Of a DNA stretch of 42,337 nt, positions 13,498 to 24,479 are shown piece after piece (the stretch's first letter is position 1; every line of letters begins with the position of its first letter). The stretch is from Octopus bimaculoides (lineage: Eukaryota), in the NCBI RefSeq assembly GCF_001194135.2, contig NC_068993.1, positions 51,435,370 through 51,477,706 of the forward strand, given 5' to 3'. A program made the translations under genes and the position numbers. The notes beneath the pieces are model-generated. The model was not told where the DNA came from. It worked only from the letters and a program-made list of their open reading frames with translations, and did no database searches.

Positions 13498-14190
13498 TGA
13501 AAGGCCGAGGAAAATGCATTCCCTCGAAATGTGTGAAAAATGGTCGTAAATACAGATTCAAAATAGAGTAGTTTATTCTGCCGGATGTTTTGCCGTTCTG
13601 GTTGAATCTTTGTTCTTTCGTTTTTGACCATAAAAATAGGGCACTAATCAGTCACCCAACGTATCTGAATTTGCAACTGAAGTCTTTCCCTCTGTAAATA
13701 AGGGGACAGAGATAATATTACCCTTCATTCTCTCTTTCTTCATGCACCATTCTTAAAAGATTGGTGATTATGGACCTCGATACAAAAACCTGAAAATTCA
13801 TGATTTTTCTTCGAAGAGACACACTGTTTGTTTCTCGTTGATTGTGTCGGTTACACTGCCAGTCTCCTCCCTTCCAAACATACCCTTCAGGCACAGTGAG
13901 TATTTGATTTTTAGGCACAGTGGGCCGTTTTTCATGACATCTGAGCATGTACACACACCAGTAGCCTATGTAGTCTATGGGCCCTTGACGGGTACTATCA
14001 TCTTGGGCCAGAGGAGATCTAGGATTTGTGGTAACTCAGAGGTGAAAGGCCGAAAGAAAACGCGAGCTATCAAAATCTGTGTAAAATATTCACAAAGACA
14101 GATACAAAACCGAATAGAGTATTTCATTCTGCCAGTCGCTTTGCTGTTATGGTCAAATAGTTGTTCTTTCGTTCTCGAAAACAAAAGGTA
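13498..14190 (+). repeat. Pair of diverged ~140-bp direct repeats (13498-13640 and 14043-14190)
   Basis: Both copies read TGAAAGGCCGA...ACAGAT.CAAAA...TAGAGTA.TT.ATTCTGCC...TTTGC.GTT.TGGT..AAT..TTGTTCTTTCGTT.T.GA. The offset is 545 bp. Confidence 0.85.
13722..13789 (-). CDS. Candidate 68-nt coding exon (VFVSRSIITNLLRMVHEERENEx)
   Basis: gaattttcag|GTT...GAAGG|gtaata, open from phase 0 to phase 2. No homology recognised. Confidence 0.18.
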
Positions 14191-15124
14191 AGGTTCTAAC
14201 CTGTCATTTAACATATCCGAATTTCGTATTTACATTCCTCGTTCGAGGAATGTTGGCCTTGTGCCAAAATTTGAACAATATTTATTACTATCATTAATTC
14301 CATTCGCAAAGATCACATGGATATACATATTCGCAACACATATTTACGTGCATGCAAACTTAGCCATACATAAGAACATAGGTCTGCATACACACATATA
14401 TAAGTATATTTCATGGACGTATGTCCCTGTGTCTATCTGTATTCACACGCACGAAAATTCGATGCAAGCATAAATAATCATATATACGCACTTACGTATG
14501 CACATACCGACATACACATATGGCGGCACATATATGCTCATACAGTGGAGTAATACGGGGACGTAGACAATCATGCATTTATGAACACATGCTCTCGAAA
14601 AGATCGCACAGACATATATACAAATACGCATATAAAGTTAATTTTACTATTTCGAATGTGAAGATAAATTGTTATTCGAGACATCCAGGGGAAGTTCCGA
14701 TGTTAATGGATTATTCATACCGGATATACTTAAGAAGTAAACATTCTCCTCTCCATAGCTCAACATTTTACAAACACAGTGTCCTAGCAATTTTAAATAA
14801 TTTGAACGGTCTCTCATTGAATAATATTTTTAAAAAACTTGCAAATTTTCAAGGTGTTTCGTTTAAACATAGCCATCTGAACCAATCTAACAAAAATTCT
14901 TGAATATTAGTCTAGGCCTAGAAGAGTGGACAGTGCTTTCGGCGTTTCGGCCTATCATCCTTCATCGGAATGTCGATAATCACTTGCGTACGCATAAAAG
15001 CACGCGCGCGTTTTCATATACACACGCATAAATGTATGCATATATATAAATATTTACATATACAAATGCATACATACATACAAGCATACATATATTTATA
15101 ATTCCTAGAAACACTAGACAAATT

Positions 15125-15335
15125 CTGCTGCGTATCACACACAAACCAGCTTGAAAAAATATGACAAACACCGGATTAAAAAGCTGCAGAACCTCTGTAT
15201 CAAACGCACCCCCATGCACATGAACAAAACAAGTACAATAAAATGAGGGGATGGTCATGGTTGGATTGAGTGTCATCATACAAAGTCCTGCTCAATCAGA
15301 GCTGACCGGAAATTAAATAATAACGGGAAAAAAAT
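15125..15335 (+). mobile_element. 3' part of the (AAC)n-tailed SINE-like family
   Basis: GGGATGGTCATGGTTGGATTG...CTGCTCAATCAGAGCTGACC...AATAATAAC. Confidence 0.6.
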
Positions 15336-15894
15336 AATAACAAACCTATCTATACTAATATTGATAAGAGTAAATTTTAAAGTTATTTCTTCGGGGATAT
15401 ATATTACCTCGTTCAGATGCATTTTTATTAATACTTGGTAATAACTTCTTACTTTCGTCTATTATCTGCCAAGTTCCCTGCTAATATTAATGTTTCCCTT
15501 ATTTCCCACTACTTGATATCTCATGAAAAATGTGGATATATTATATAGAAAGAGCTGGTAGGAAAGCATACACCATTAATCCTTAATATCGATCTATAAT
15601 GGTGTGCAATTATTTTACCATTTTCTAGCCTATTAGTCCATGCGTTTTTGAAACCTATTATCATAATGTGAGTATTCAATAAGTACAACAGCAACGTGTA
15701 CACAAAAAAAGGGATATACAAATAAATATACGTATACACGTAATTTCAAGCCTACCCATGTGGGTGGCTATGGTTATGTGTATGTACGTATATATATGTG
15801 CGTTTGTGTGTGCATGTGTGTTTGTGTGTTTTGTGTGAGCAAAAGACACTCACCTACATAAATACACAGGCCATATACACACAGGAATGTAGGT

Positions 15895-15918
15895 ATGTTT
15901 CTATCTATCTATCAATCA

Positions 15919-16006
<88 letters not shown>

Positions 16007-16310
16007 CTGAATATAATGTTTATATATATATAAATGAGAGAGTGTGTGTGCGTGTGTGTGTAATATATATACATATATATATATATATTTGTGTGTGTAT
16101 GAATATATGTATGTATGTATATACATATACATACATACATACATACATACTTGCATGCATACCTACCTACGTACGTATACACATACATATGAAAAAATTA
16201 TATGCAGGGACAAACACACACATACACATATATATACAAACATATATTTATATGTATATATATATAAATGCATATANNNNNNNNNNATATATATATATAC
16301 ATATGCATAT
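15895..16310. repeat. (TCTA)n-(TC)n-(TA)n-(TACA)n compound microsatellite
   Basis: Read directly. Confidence 0.95.
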
Positions 16311-16753
16311 ACGTGTATCTACAAATTATACGATTCACTGAGATAATGATATGTTCTAGTTAGTGTAATGATATCGTTGGATTTCGTTGATAATCAAGTA
16401 CTATAGTTGTCGTTCCTCAAGTACAAACTCTTCATCACAGGAAATATAATCTTTTTATATTTCATATCTCTTGGAATGTATTTGATTGAAGCGTTAGGGA
16501 GTCGACAGTATAGGGGGAGGTTGATATGTAGATGGGAACGAAATGTACCTATTGCAGCAGCCACGAATGTAATGGCGACGATGATAGGAAGCAGGACGAC
16601 GGCGAAGCAGAAAATGACAATACTGATGGTGCTGAATGTGTTTATAACGGTGATGATACTGGTCGTGTTGATGGTTTCTGGTTTAGGCAAAGAGCCAACA
16701 GCTGTGAAAAGAGGGGCACTGATTGATACCATGGATACGAATACGTATATAGT

Positions 16754-16887
16754 AGGTTATTTTACGGATCCCCGGAGATATAAATCGCATAGGCGAGAGC
16801 GCCTCGATTTGAAATCAGAATGGAGAGATAAATGAAATACAGTCACGAATTCATTCCAGTGCCCTAACGATTCTGCCAATCTAACGC
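16754..16887 (-). mobile_element. Highly degenerate Meta-core-like SINE
   Basis: Plus strand GATTTGAAATCAGAATG...CTAACGATTCTGCCA is the reverse complement of the head and B box. Confidence 0.65.
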
Positions 16888-17757
16888 ACTCAAGCTGGTC
16901 ATGGTGACGAAGATGATAAGTTTTATATTGGCGATGATGAAGCTAAATATTTCTATAATAATATAAGTTTTATATATATGTTAAGCTGATATTTTTCATA
17001 TATATTCGAGCGACTTCCCGTTTTGATTAGAGGGCTAACACTTTCAAATTCATCACCAAAATTCCTAGATCATTATATTTCCATTGAGTCATTTTCTTCT
17101 TAGAATGATGTTTGCGTGTGTTGTTAGTTCCTTACAGAAAGCAAGACCTGTGTGATTTGCATAGACATTACTACCCGGATTTTAACAGTTGGCGGTTAGA
17201 TTTAGCCATACAAATAGTAAAAGAATTTGCAATAAAATCCCTACTCAGAAAATCAAATTAATTCTCCATCACAAATGAGATCCCTAGGGGAAAGGAGTCT
17301 CAGAATATATTTAAAAAAACAAACTGTTATTCAAAGAAATGAATAGACTATGCTACAACACAATACAGCAAATGCTTGTCAGTAAATTTATTAGGAAAAC
17401 GAATTGTATGCTACATGAAGCAAATGTATGATAATAATAATTCAATAGTTTATCACATTAACAAAATGATTTTAGATGCACTTCTTTCATTCACGTACAA
17501 TATCATATATANNNNNNNNNNNNNNNNNNNNNNNNNNNNNNNNNNNNNNNNNNNNNNNNNNNNNNNNNNNNNNNNNNNNNNNNNNNNNNNNNNNNNNNNN
17601 NNNNNNNNNNNNNNNNNNNNNNNNNNNNNNNNNNNNNNNNNNNNNNNNNNNNNNNNNNNNNNNNNNNNNNNNNNNNNNNNNNNNNNNNNNNNNNNNNNNN
17701 NNNNNNNNNNNNNNNNNNNNNNNNNNNNNNNNNNNNNNNNNNNNNNNNNNNNNNNNN

Positions 17758-17788
<31 letters not shown>

Positions 17789-18047
17789 CGCACATACCCC
17801 CAGATAAACACACACACACACACACCTACGTATGTGTATACATACAAACGTATATAGAGATAAACACACGACAAACACGTAAACTTACACATTAACGCAT
17901 GTTCTTCCGGTGCATGTGTGCACGTCGATCCGTATTCACGTGTCCAAGCACGAAGCACGCGCAAATATGCGCTTGTACGGATAATAATGGTAACGCTCTT
18001 GCAATAATTATTATAAACAAATGGAAAGAATGAGACAGAGAAATCGA

Positions 18048-18262
18048 AAGGCGATGAGATGGCAGAATCGTTAGATCGTCGGAAAAAATACTTTGGATGT
18101 TTGTTTCGATTCTTTACATTCTGAGTTCATCTTCCGCCGAGAACGTTTTAACCATTCATCTTTCCAAGGCCGATCAAATAAAAGACTAATCAAGTACCGA
18201 GATCGATATCGCCAACTAACCTCTTCTGCATAAAATTTTTATTCTTGTACCTAAATCACATA
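18048..18262 (+). mobile_element. Degenerate full-length Meta-core-like SINE
   Basis: AAGGCGATGAGATGGCAGAATCGTTAG...TTTACATTCTGAGTTCATCTTCCGCCGAG...CTTGTACCTAAAT. Confidence 0.8.
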
Positions 18263-18955
18263 CCATGAAACGTCAATACAATGAAGACAGTATTGTTACA
18301 GTAATAATAATTTTAAACAAATGGCAGCAGTTTTAAACAAACTGCTCCCCCATATTTATTTATAAGTATCTTGATGTTGTCCATTTCTTTTGTGTTATGC
18401 CTGTCGTATGTGTATCATAGGCGGTTTTTGGTTGCAATTAACACTTATTTCTCTCGCCATTCTCCGGTGGAACGCCTTTTCCATTGTCCACTGAGATCAT
18501 AAGGCGAACTGACTGGCCTTGTTAGGTATTTATTTGCCTTCAGGAAGAGGAAAGATATGCCGATTCAGGCAGAGCCTTTCATGAAAGTAAAAGAATGGAA
18601 AGCAAACTTAGACTTTCCCTTAACTAAAAAAAAAAAAAAATAGTTTCAGCATTTTCAAGAGTACAGGAGCAGATTNNNNNNNNNNAACCAAAGGTCGCAA
18701 AACTATAACTCTATAGTTTTTATCTTTTCTATTTTAAATTTAAAAAAAATCTTTTTTTAAAACCTAGGAGACTCGGTTCCTGGATTTACGGATCTGAAAA
18801 AAAAAGTATCGACACAAAATAATAGAAAGATCGCTTCATTTTCAACAATATTCATTAAAACACGATGCAATTTATAAGTATTATTTATTAAAGAAGTTAT
18901 AACTTTTATTTATTATGAATTCTTCATTTATTATTTATTATGTATTATTTATTAT

Positions 18956-19018
<63 letters not shown>

Positions 19019-19021
<3 letters not shown>

Positions 19022-20168
19022 GTTTGACTTTTGTTTTGCATTTGTACAAGTTGGATCCAAGTCTCACCCAGAGACCTCAAGAGACAACAAGTTAGAAGTT
19101 CATGTAGGTGTTATGCCTAGGGTACCATATATTTGGATTTGTACAGTTTTGTTCAAGTGAATGTTTAAGAAACCATNNNNNNNNNNNNNNNNNNNNNNNN
19201 NNNNNNNNNNNNNNNNNNNNNNNNNNNNNNNNNNNNNNNNNNNNNNNNNNNNNNNNNNNNNNNNNNNNNNNNNNNNNNNNNNNNNNNNNNNNNNNNNNNN
19301 NNNNNNNNNNNNNNNNNNNNNNNNNNNNNNNNNNNNNNNNNNNNNNNNNNNNNNNNNNNNNNNNNNNNNNNNNNNNNNNNNNNNNNNNNNNNNNNNNNNN
19401 NNNNNNNNNNNNNNNNNNNNNNNNNNNNNNNNNNNNNNNNNNNNNNNNNNNNNNNNNNNNNNNNNNNNNNNNNNNNNNNNNNNNNNNNNNNNNNNNNNNN
19501 NNNNNNNNNNNNNNNNNNNNNNNNNNNNNNNNNNNNNNNNNNNNNNNNNNNNNNNNNNNNNNNNNNNNNNNNNNNNNNNNNNNNNNNNNNNNNNNNNNNN
19601 NNNNNNNNNNNNNNNNNNNNNNNNNNNNNNNNNNNNNNNNNNNNNNNNNNNNNNNNNNNNNNNNNNNNNNNNNNNNNNNNNNNNNNNNNNNNNNNNNNNN
19701 NNNNNNNNNNNNNNNNNNNNNNNNNNNNNNNNNNNNNNNNNNNNNNNNNNNNNNNNNNNNNNNNNNNNNNNNNNNNNNNNNNNNNNNNNNNNNNNNNNNN
19801 NNNNNNNNNNNNNNNNNNNNNNNNNNNNNNNNNNNNNNNNNNNNNNNNNNNNNNTGTTGTTGGCATATACGACATAATGGGGAGTTGCCGTTCTTTAATA
19901 TGTTGGCCTGGTAGTTCTTTGTAGGTAGGCATTGATCTTGGGCTGCTATGATAAACCCCTCTGTTTCTGATTTCAAGCCAGAGGCCATTAACCATTGGTG
20001 AGTAAGGGCTTTGTCAATATCTGCATTATTCGCGCTCTTTGGGTATTTGCCATTGAGAGGTTTTCCATGCCATTTTTCAGTCATAATATCTAAGGCAGCA
20101 ATTTTTGCACGGGTTTTCAAGCGCTTAGCTTTTTCTGCAGATGTTTCTAGTTCGTCTAATTCTTGAAT
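19019..20168 (-). mobile_element. 5'-truncated Dong/R4-clade (RLE) non-LTR retrotransposon with a gap in the middle
   Basis: Open frame IQELDELETSAEKAKRLKTRAKIAALDIMTEKWHGKPLNGKYP...HQWLMASGLKSETEGFIIAAQDQCLPTKNYQANILKNGNSPLCRICQQ matches the post-RT region and CCHC start typical of R4/Dong. The 3'UTR contains GAGGTCTCTGGGTGAGACTTGG, and (TAA)n lies on both sides. Confidence 0.88.
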
Positions 20169-20359
20169 TTATTATTATTATTATTATTATTATCATCATT
20201 ATTATTATTATTATTGCTTAATATTATTTATGATTTTTTATATTATCACTTAATATTATTTCTTATCAGTTAATATTAATTATTTATTGAAGTATTATTT
20301 ATTATTATTTCTAAGAATTATGAGAATTTTATAACGATTTATTTCAAGACAAGTTTGGG

Positions 20360-20750
20360 GTTTTGGTTTAGGTAAGGATTAAAGTTAAACTCATGGTTTA
20401 GTCTTGGCGTTCAGGGTTGGAGTAAATAGTCAGGGATTACGCTCTGAACTTCGAGTTACTGTTTGGTTTGGCCTTAGAGATTAGAGTTAGGGATTTTAGT
20501 TTTGCAGTTAGGGATTTTAGTTTTGCAGTTAGGGTTACATTTTTTAGTCAGATTTAGGGTCATGATGGAATTTAGATTTAGAGTTAGGTGAGCGTTGGAA
20601 TTTCGGTATAGGTTTTAGGTTTAGACGTTAACGTCCCGAGTTATGGTTTACACGAGGCTTTTAGCTTTCGAGCTTAATGCTAAGGATAGGATTGACAGTT
20701 GTGTTAAAAATTTATGGTTAGAGTTAATTTTAGAAATAGGGCTAAGCGTA
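20360..20750 (+). repeat. Degenerate TTAGGG-like hexamer satellite with a 21-bp duplicated unit
   Basis: Many TTAGGG/TTAGAG/TTTAGG variants. GTTAGGGATTTTAGTTTTGCA occurs twice in tandem (20486-20527). Confidence 0.7.
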
Positions 20751-20885
20751 GACATACATTACGCTTATTTCTAGAAAATTATATTCAAACATCTCGGCCT
20801 TTAGAAAGGTCGTGTGACAATTGAAATGTTTAGAGACACACCTCTAGTAAGGATATACACTATATATATAGACATATATATACAC

Positions 20886-20942
<57 letters not shown>

Positions 20943-20964
20943 TATACATTCTTCTTCTTCTTTT

Positions 20965-21098
20965 TTCCACCGAGGTCGACATTGCCTTTCATCCTTTCGG
21001 GGTCGATAAATTAAGTACCAGTTGTGTATTGGAGTCGATTTAATCGACTGGTCTCCTACCCTAAAATTTCGGGCCTTGTGCCTAGAATAGAAAAGATG

Positions 21099-21161
<63 letters not shown>
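20965..21161 (+). mobile_element. 5'-truncated Meta-core-like SINE with a long (ATT)n tail
   Basis: CCGAGGTCGACATTGCCTTTCATCCTTTCGGGGTCGATAAATTAAGTACCAG...GGCCTTGTGCCTAGAATAGAAAAG then (ATT)n. Confidence 0.9.
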
Positions 21162-21163
<2 letters not shown>

Positions 21164-21240
21164 ACGCGGCTCCAAATAACAAACGTGTAATTAAAATGAA
21201 AGCCACATCTTATTTTACAGCGAATTTGTGNNNNNNNNNN

Positions 21241-21648
21241 GGCGGTGGTGGCGGCGGTGGTGGTAGTGGAGGTAGTGGTGGTGGTGGAAATGGTGATGAT
21301 GGTGATGATGATGAAAAGAGGGAAGAGGAGTGGAAAGAAGAGAAGGAGCAGGAGGAGGAGGAGGAAGAACAGAGGGAGGAGGATGAAGACGGGGAGGAGG
21401 ATAATAATAATAGCGGCAGCAATTTGGACGGTGATCATCATGATGAATATGATGATTGTGAATACGAAGGAGTTGATGGCAACGGTTATAATTGGGGGTG
21501 ACAGGGGAGAAGGTGGGACTAGCGGGAGCTGCGACAGCGACGGCGATGGTGTTGACTAAGACGAAAACGAAGGCGACAACAGCGAAAGTGATGCTGCTGC
21601 TGATGATGATGATGACGATGACGATGACGATGACGATGATGATGATGG

Positions 21649-21679
<31 letters not shown>

Positions 21680-21716
21680 GACGGCGACGACGACGTTGAT
21701 GATGATGATGATGAAT

Positions 21717-21749
<33 letters not shown>

Positions 21750-21800
21750 TCAACTACGATGACGGCGTCGGGGATAACCACAAGAATGACGATGTTGGTG
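21241..21800. repeat. Purine-rich trinucleotide field (GGT)/(GAG)/(GAT)/(GAC)n
   Basis: Read directly. Confidence 0.92.
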
Positions 21801-22184
21801 CGAATGATGACGAAAATTACATCAAATATACAGTTTGGAAATAATAAACAAATTTCAAATATTAATAACATTTCATAGGATGTTACTTATGAGTTTAAAA
21901 ACTGAAATTAAATTTAATTTAATTTAATTCTGTATTTGACTCCAGATAATTATAGTAATATTCAGAAATTTTCCTAGCAATTTTAACAGCCAAGTTATTT
22001 ATCATTGCAACTGTATCTATATGTGTATATGTCTATACATACACACATACATGCATGCATATATGTATGTTTCTATGTATGTTTGTTTGCGTGTATGCCT
22101 ATTTGTGTGTACGTACGCATACAAGACGGTTGAGAGATGGCAAGTCCATGTGTGTGCATTTGTTCATTTGCAAATTATAAATTA

Positions 22185-22257
22185 ATGCTCGTGTATGTAT
22201 GCATGAATGTATGTATGCATGAATGTATGTACGTATATATGTATGCATTTATATCTA

Positions 22258-22315
<58 letters not shown>

Positions 22316-22375
22316 GAGGGTATATATGTATGTATGTATATGTATATATGTAAATATGTATATACATACATACAT

Positions 22376-22425
<50 letters not shown>

Positions 22426-22470
22426 GCGCACACACGAAGAAACACACTCACACACTCATACGTATACACA
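22185..22470. repeat. (TATG)/(TC)/(TA)/(CA) compound microsatellite
   Basis: Read directly. Confidence 0.93.
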
Positions 22471-22739
22471 CAGGCATGTACTATAATTTAGCAATTCTAA
22501 ATTATAAGATTCAATATGAAATATGCCCCGAGATTACTATTTCAATGTTAGCGACTGGTAAATGTTATGAAGTATCTAATATTTATAATTTAACATCTAA
22601 TTTAAACCCAACGAAGGAATCAATTAAATATACATATATGTCTAGAGCGTCGTAGCTTTCGGGGACGTGTGCCGTTGGCTGGTTATGTAACTACTTGTAT
22701 TTAGTTAATCTAATCAACAGCAGAATTTCATTATGTAAG

Positions 22740-22950
22740 GAGACAACGAGTGTGTCACTGCATGGTTGCAGATGCTGCTAGAAATACTACCCAGATTTTC
22801 TTGTAACTCAGTATAAAACATATTAGATGATGTGATCAAAGTTATTGAAATTTATGGAAGAAAAGACGTGATGGTCTCGGTTGGAACTTCTTTGGACGAA
22901 AATGTGATAGGTTATATTTCAATAACGACTAAACAAAAACTACAACAATA
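22740..22950 (+). mobile_element. Degenerate 3' part of the (AAC)n-tailed SINE-like family
   Basis: GATGCTGCTAGAAATACTACCCAGATTT...AAAAGACGTGATGGTCTCGGTTGGAAC...CTAAACAAAAACTACAAC. Confidence 0.6.
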
Positions 22951-22971
22951 TATCATATAAATATATACAGC

Positions 22972-23156
22972 GAAGGGCTAATGCAATCGCTGCAAATTTG
23001 CAGGAAATATCTTGCAGTATTTTTCGGGTCAAATTTGCCTTTCTTTCCGCTAAGGTCGTTGAAATAAACAACCATTCAAGTACTGCTGTCGAGTAATAAA
23101 CTCTCATCAAAATCCTTGGCCTTCTGCCCACAAATCATCAGTATTGTTATTATTAT
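22972..23156 (+). mobile_element. Highly degenerate Meta-core-like SINE
   Basis: GGTCAAATTTGCCTTTTCTTTCC...CAAGTACTGCTGTCGAGTAAT...TTGGCCTTCTGCCC followed by a TATTGTTATTATTAT tail. Confidence 0.6.
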
Positions 23157-24000
23157 CTCTTTATCACAGGTTTTGTTCGAGCTCCCGGAGTCTTGCATGC
23201 GTAGCGGGATCTCTACCTGCAGCCTACGGTACCATGCTATTCGTTCTTTTTAGCTATGAAATACTTTCCTGATTATTCTGGCCATGCCAAGGAGGCAAAC
23301 CTTTGTAACAGTTCTACTGGGCACTCTATTCCCATTTATTCCCAAGGACACAACAATAATTGGTACTATCTTCACCTTCTTCATTTACCATGGCCGGGCT
23401 ATTTCGTCACTTAAGAGGGTTGTATCTATCAATCATTTCGCCTTCCTACTTGATTATTCGGGGGTCAACATGAACTATATAGCATATGTTGTGCACCTTT
23501 TCCACCCCCACTAGATCCAGTCTGTTATGCTTTAGTACCTGATCTGTTTAGATTGGGAAATCCCAGAGGATTTTTCTAGTCTCCGACTCCACCACTCTCT
23601 GCGGTTTGTGCTTATACCATGTCTTGCCTCTCTCTCTCTCTAATCCCCCACCACCCAAATTTTTGCAAGTTTCTAATGTAGCACCTTCGCTACCTGGTTG
23701 TGTCGCTACTTGTTATGGTTTTGGGCAAGCCTAGTGCATTTGTTCGTGACACGAGCAATGGTTTCATTCACTCTATTGCAGATGCAGCACAGCGGAGACA
23801 CGTGCTCATTCTTATGAGTTCACTATGAGGATTCACCCTCCAATTCGTGGCCAAAGCTTGGTCCTGTGCTGCCAGTATAATGCTTTGGGTTCCTTTTATC
23901 AGCCAGTCACACCTATATTTTCCAGCAACTTCTTATGTGGTTACATCATCATTGTCATTTTCTTTCAATTTTGTTTCCATTTCTTGGCAAGTATCTTCCT
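23142..24000 (-). mobile_element. Decayed 3' portion of a second Dong/R4-like RLE LINE subfamily (CCHC plus RLE endonuclease)
   Basis: Manual translation through stops and frameshifts gives WLIKG.TQSIILAAQDQALATNW; SPLCCICNRVNETIARVTNKCTRLAQ..RHNQVAKVLH; WYKHKPQRVVESETRKILWDFPI*TDQVLKHNRLDLV; VKIVPIIV; KVCLLGMARIIRKVFHS* (stop 23250-23252). A 3'UTR and an ATAATAATAAC tail follow. Confidence 0.88.
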
Positions 24001-24114
24001 GACAACTAGGTAGGCCATTAAAATAAAGACACCGGATTGTTCATTTACAAGGTCATGTGATAGAGAAAATGGAGAAGAAAGACAGAGAGAAAAAGGGGGA
24101 AAAAGGAAAAATGT

Positions 24115-24217
24115 ATTATTATTATCATCCACACCCTCATCCTTCTCCTCTTCCCCCTCCTTCTCCTCCTCCTCCTCCTCATCATCATCATCACCATCAT
24201 CATCATTATTATTATTA

Positions 24218-24275
<58 letters not shown>
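24115..24275. repeat. (CCT)/(CAT)/(TAT)n compound repeat
   Basis: Read directly. Confidence 0.95.
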
Positions 24276-24479
24276 CGTGCCGAGTATTCATTCTTATATG
24301 AAAGTGCTTGGTTTTGAAAACATCATGAGACTCCTTTTCAAATTGGAAGAATTTTTTTATGTGTGTGCGTGTTCTGTTATGTGGAAGTGTTATAGTGAAA
24401 GATTTCAATTTTTGTCTAGTGAATTCAACTCCTTTGGGTGAAGCAAAGATTCTTTTTTTTTTTTTTGCTGTCTGATAAT

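Noticed and set aside
18544-18586. Plus-strand candidate exon (EEERYADSGRAFHE)
   Set aside because: It is isolated, with a moderate donor and no compatible partner exons. It illustrates the chance rate of splice pairs.
21196-21501. Gly/Glu/Asp-rich 101-aa ORF resembling an acidic protein
   Set aside because: It lies within a trinucleotide field, spans a gap, and overlapping frames are equally open.
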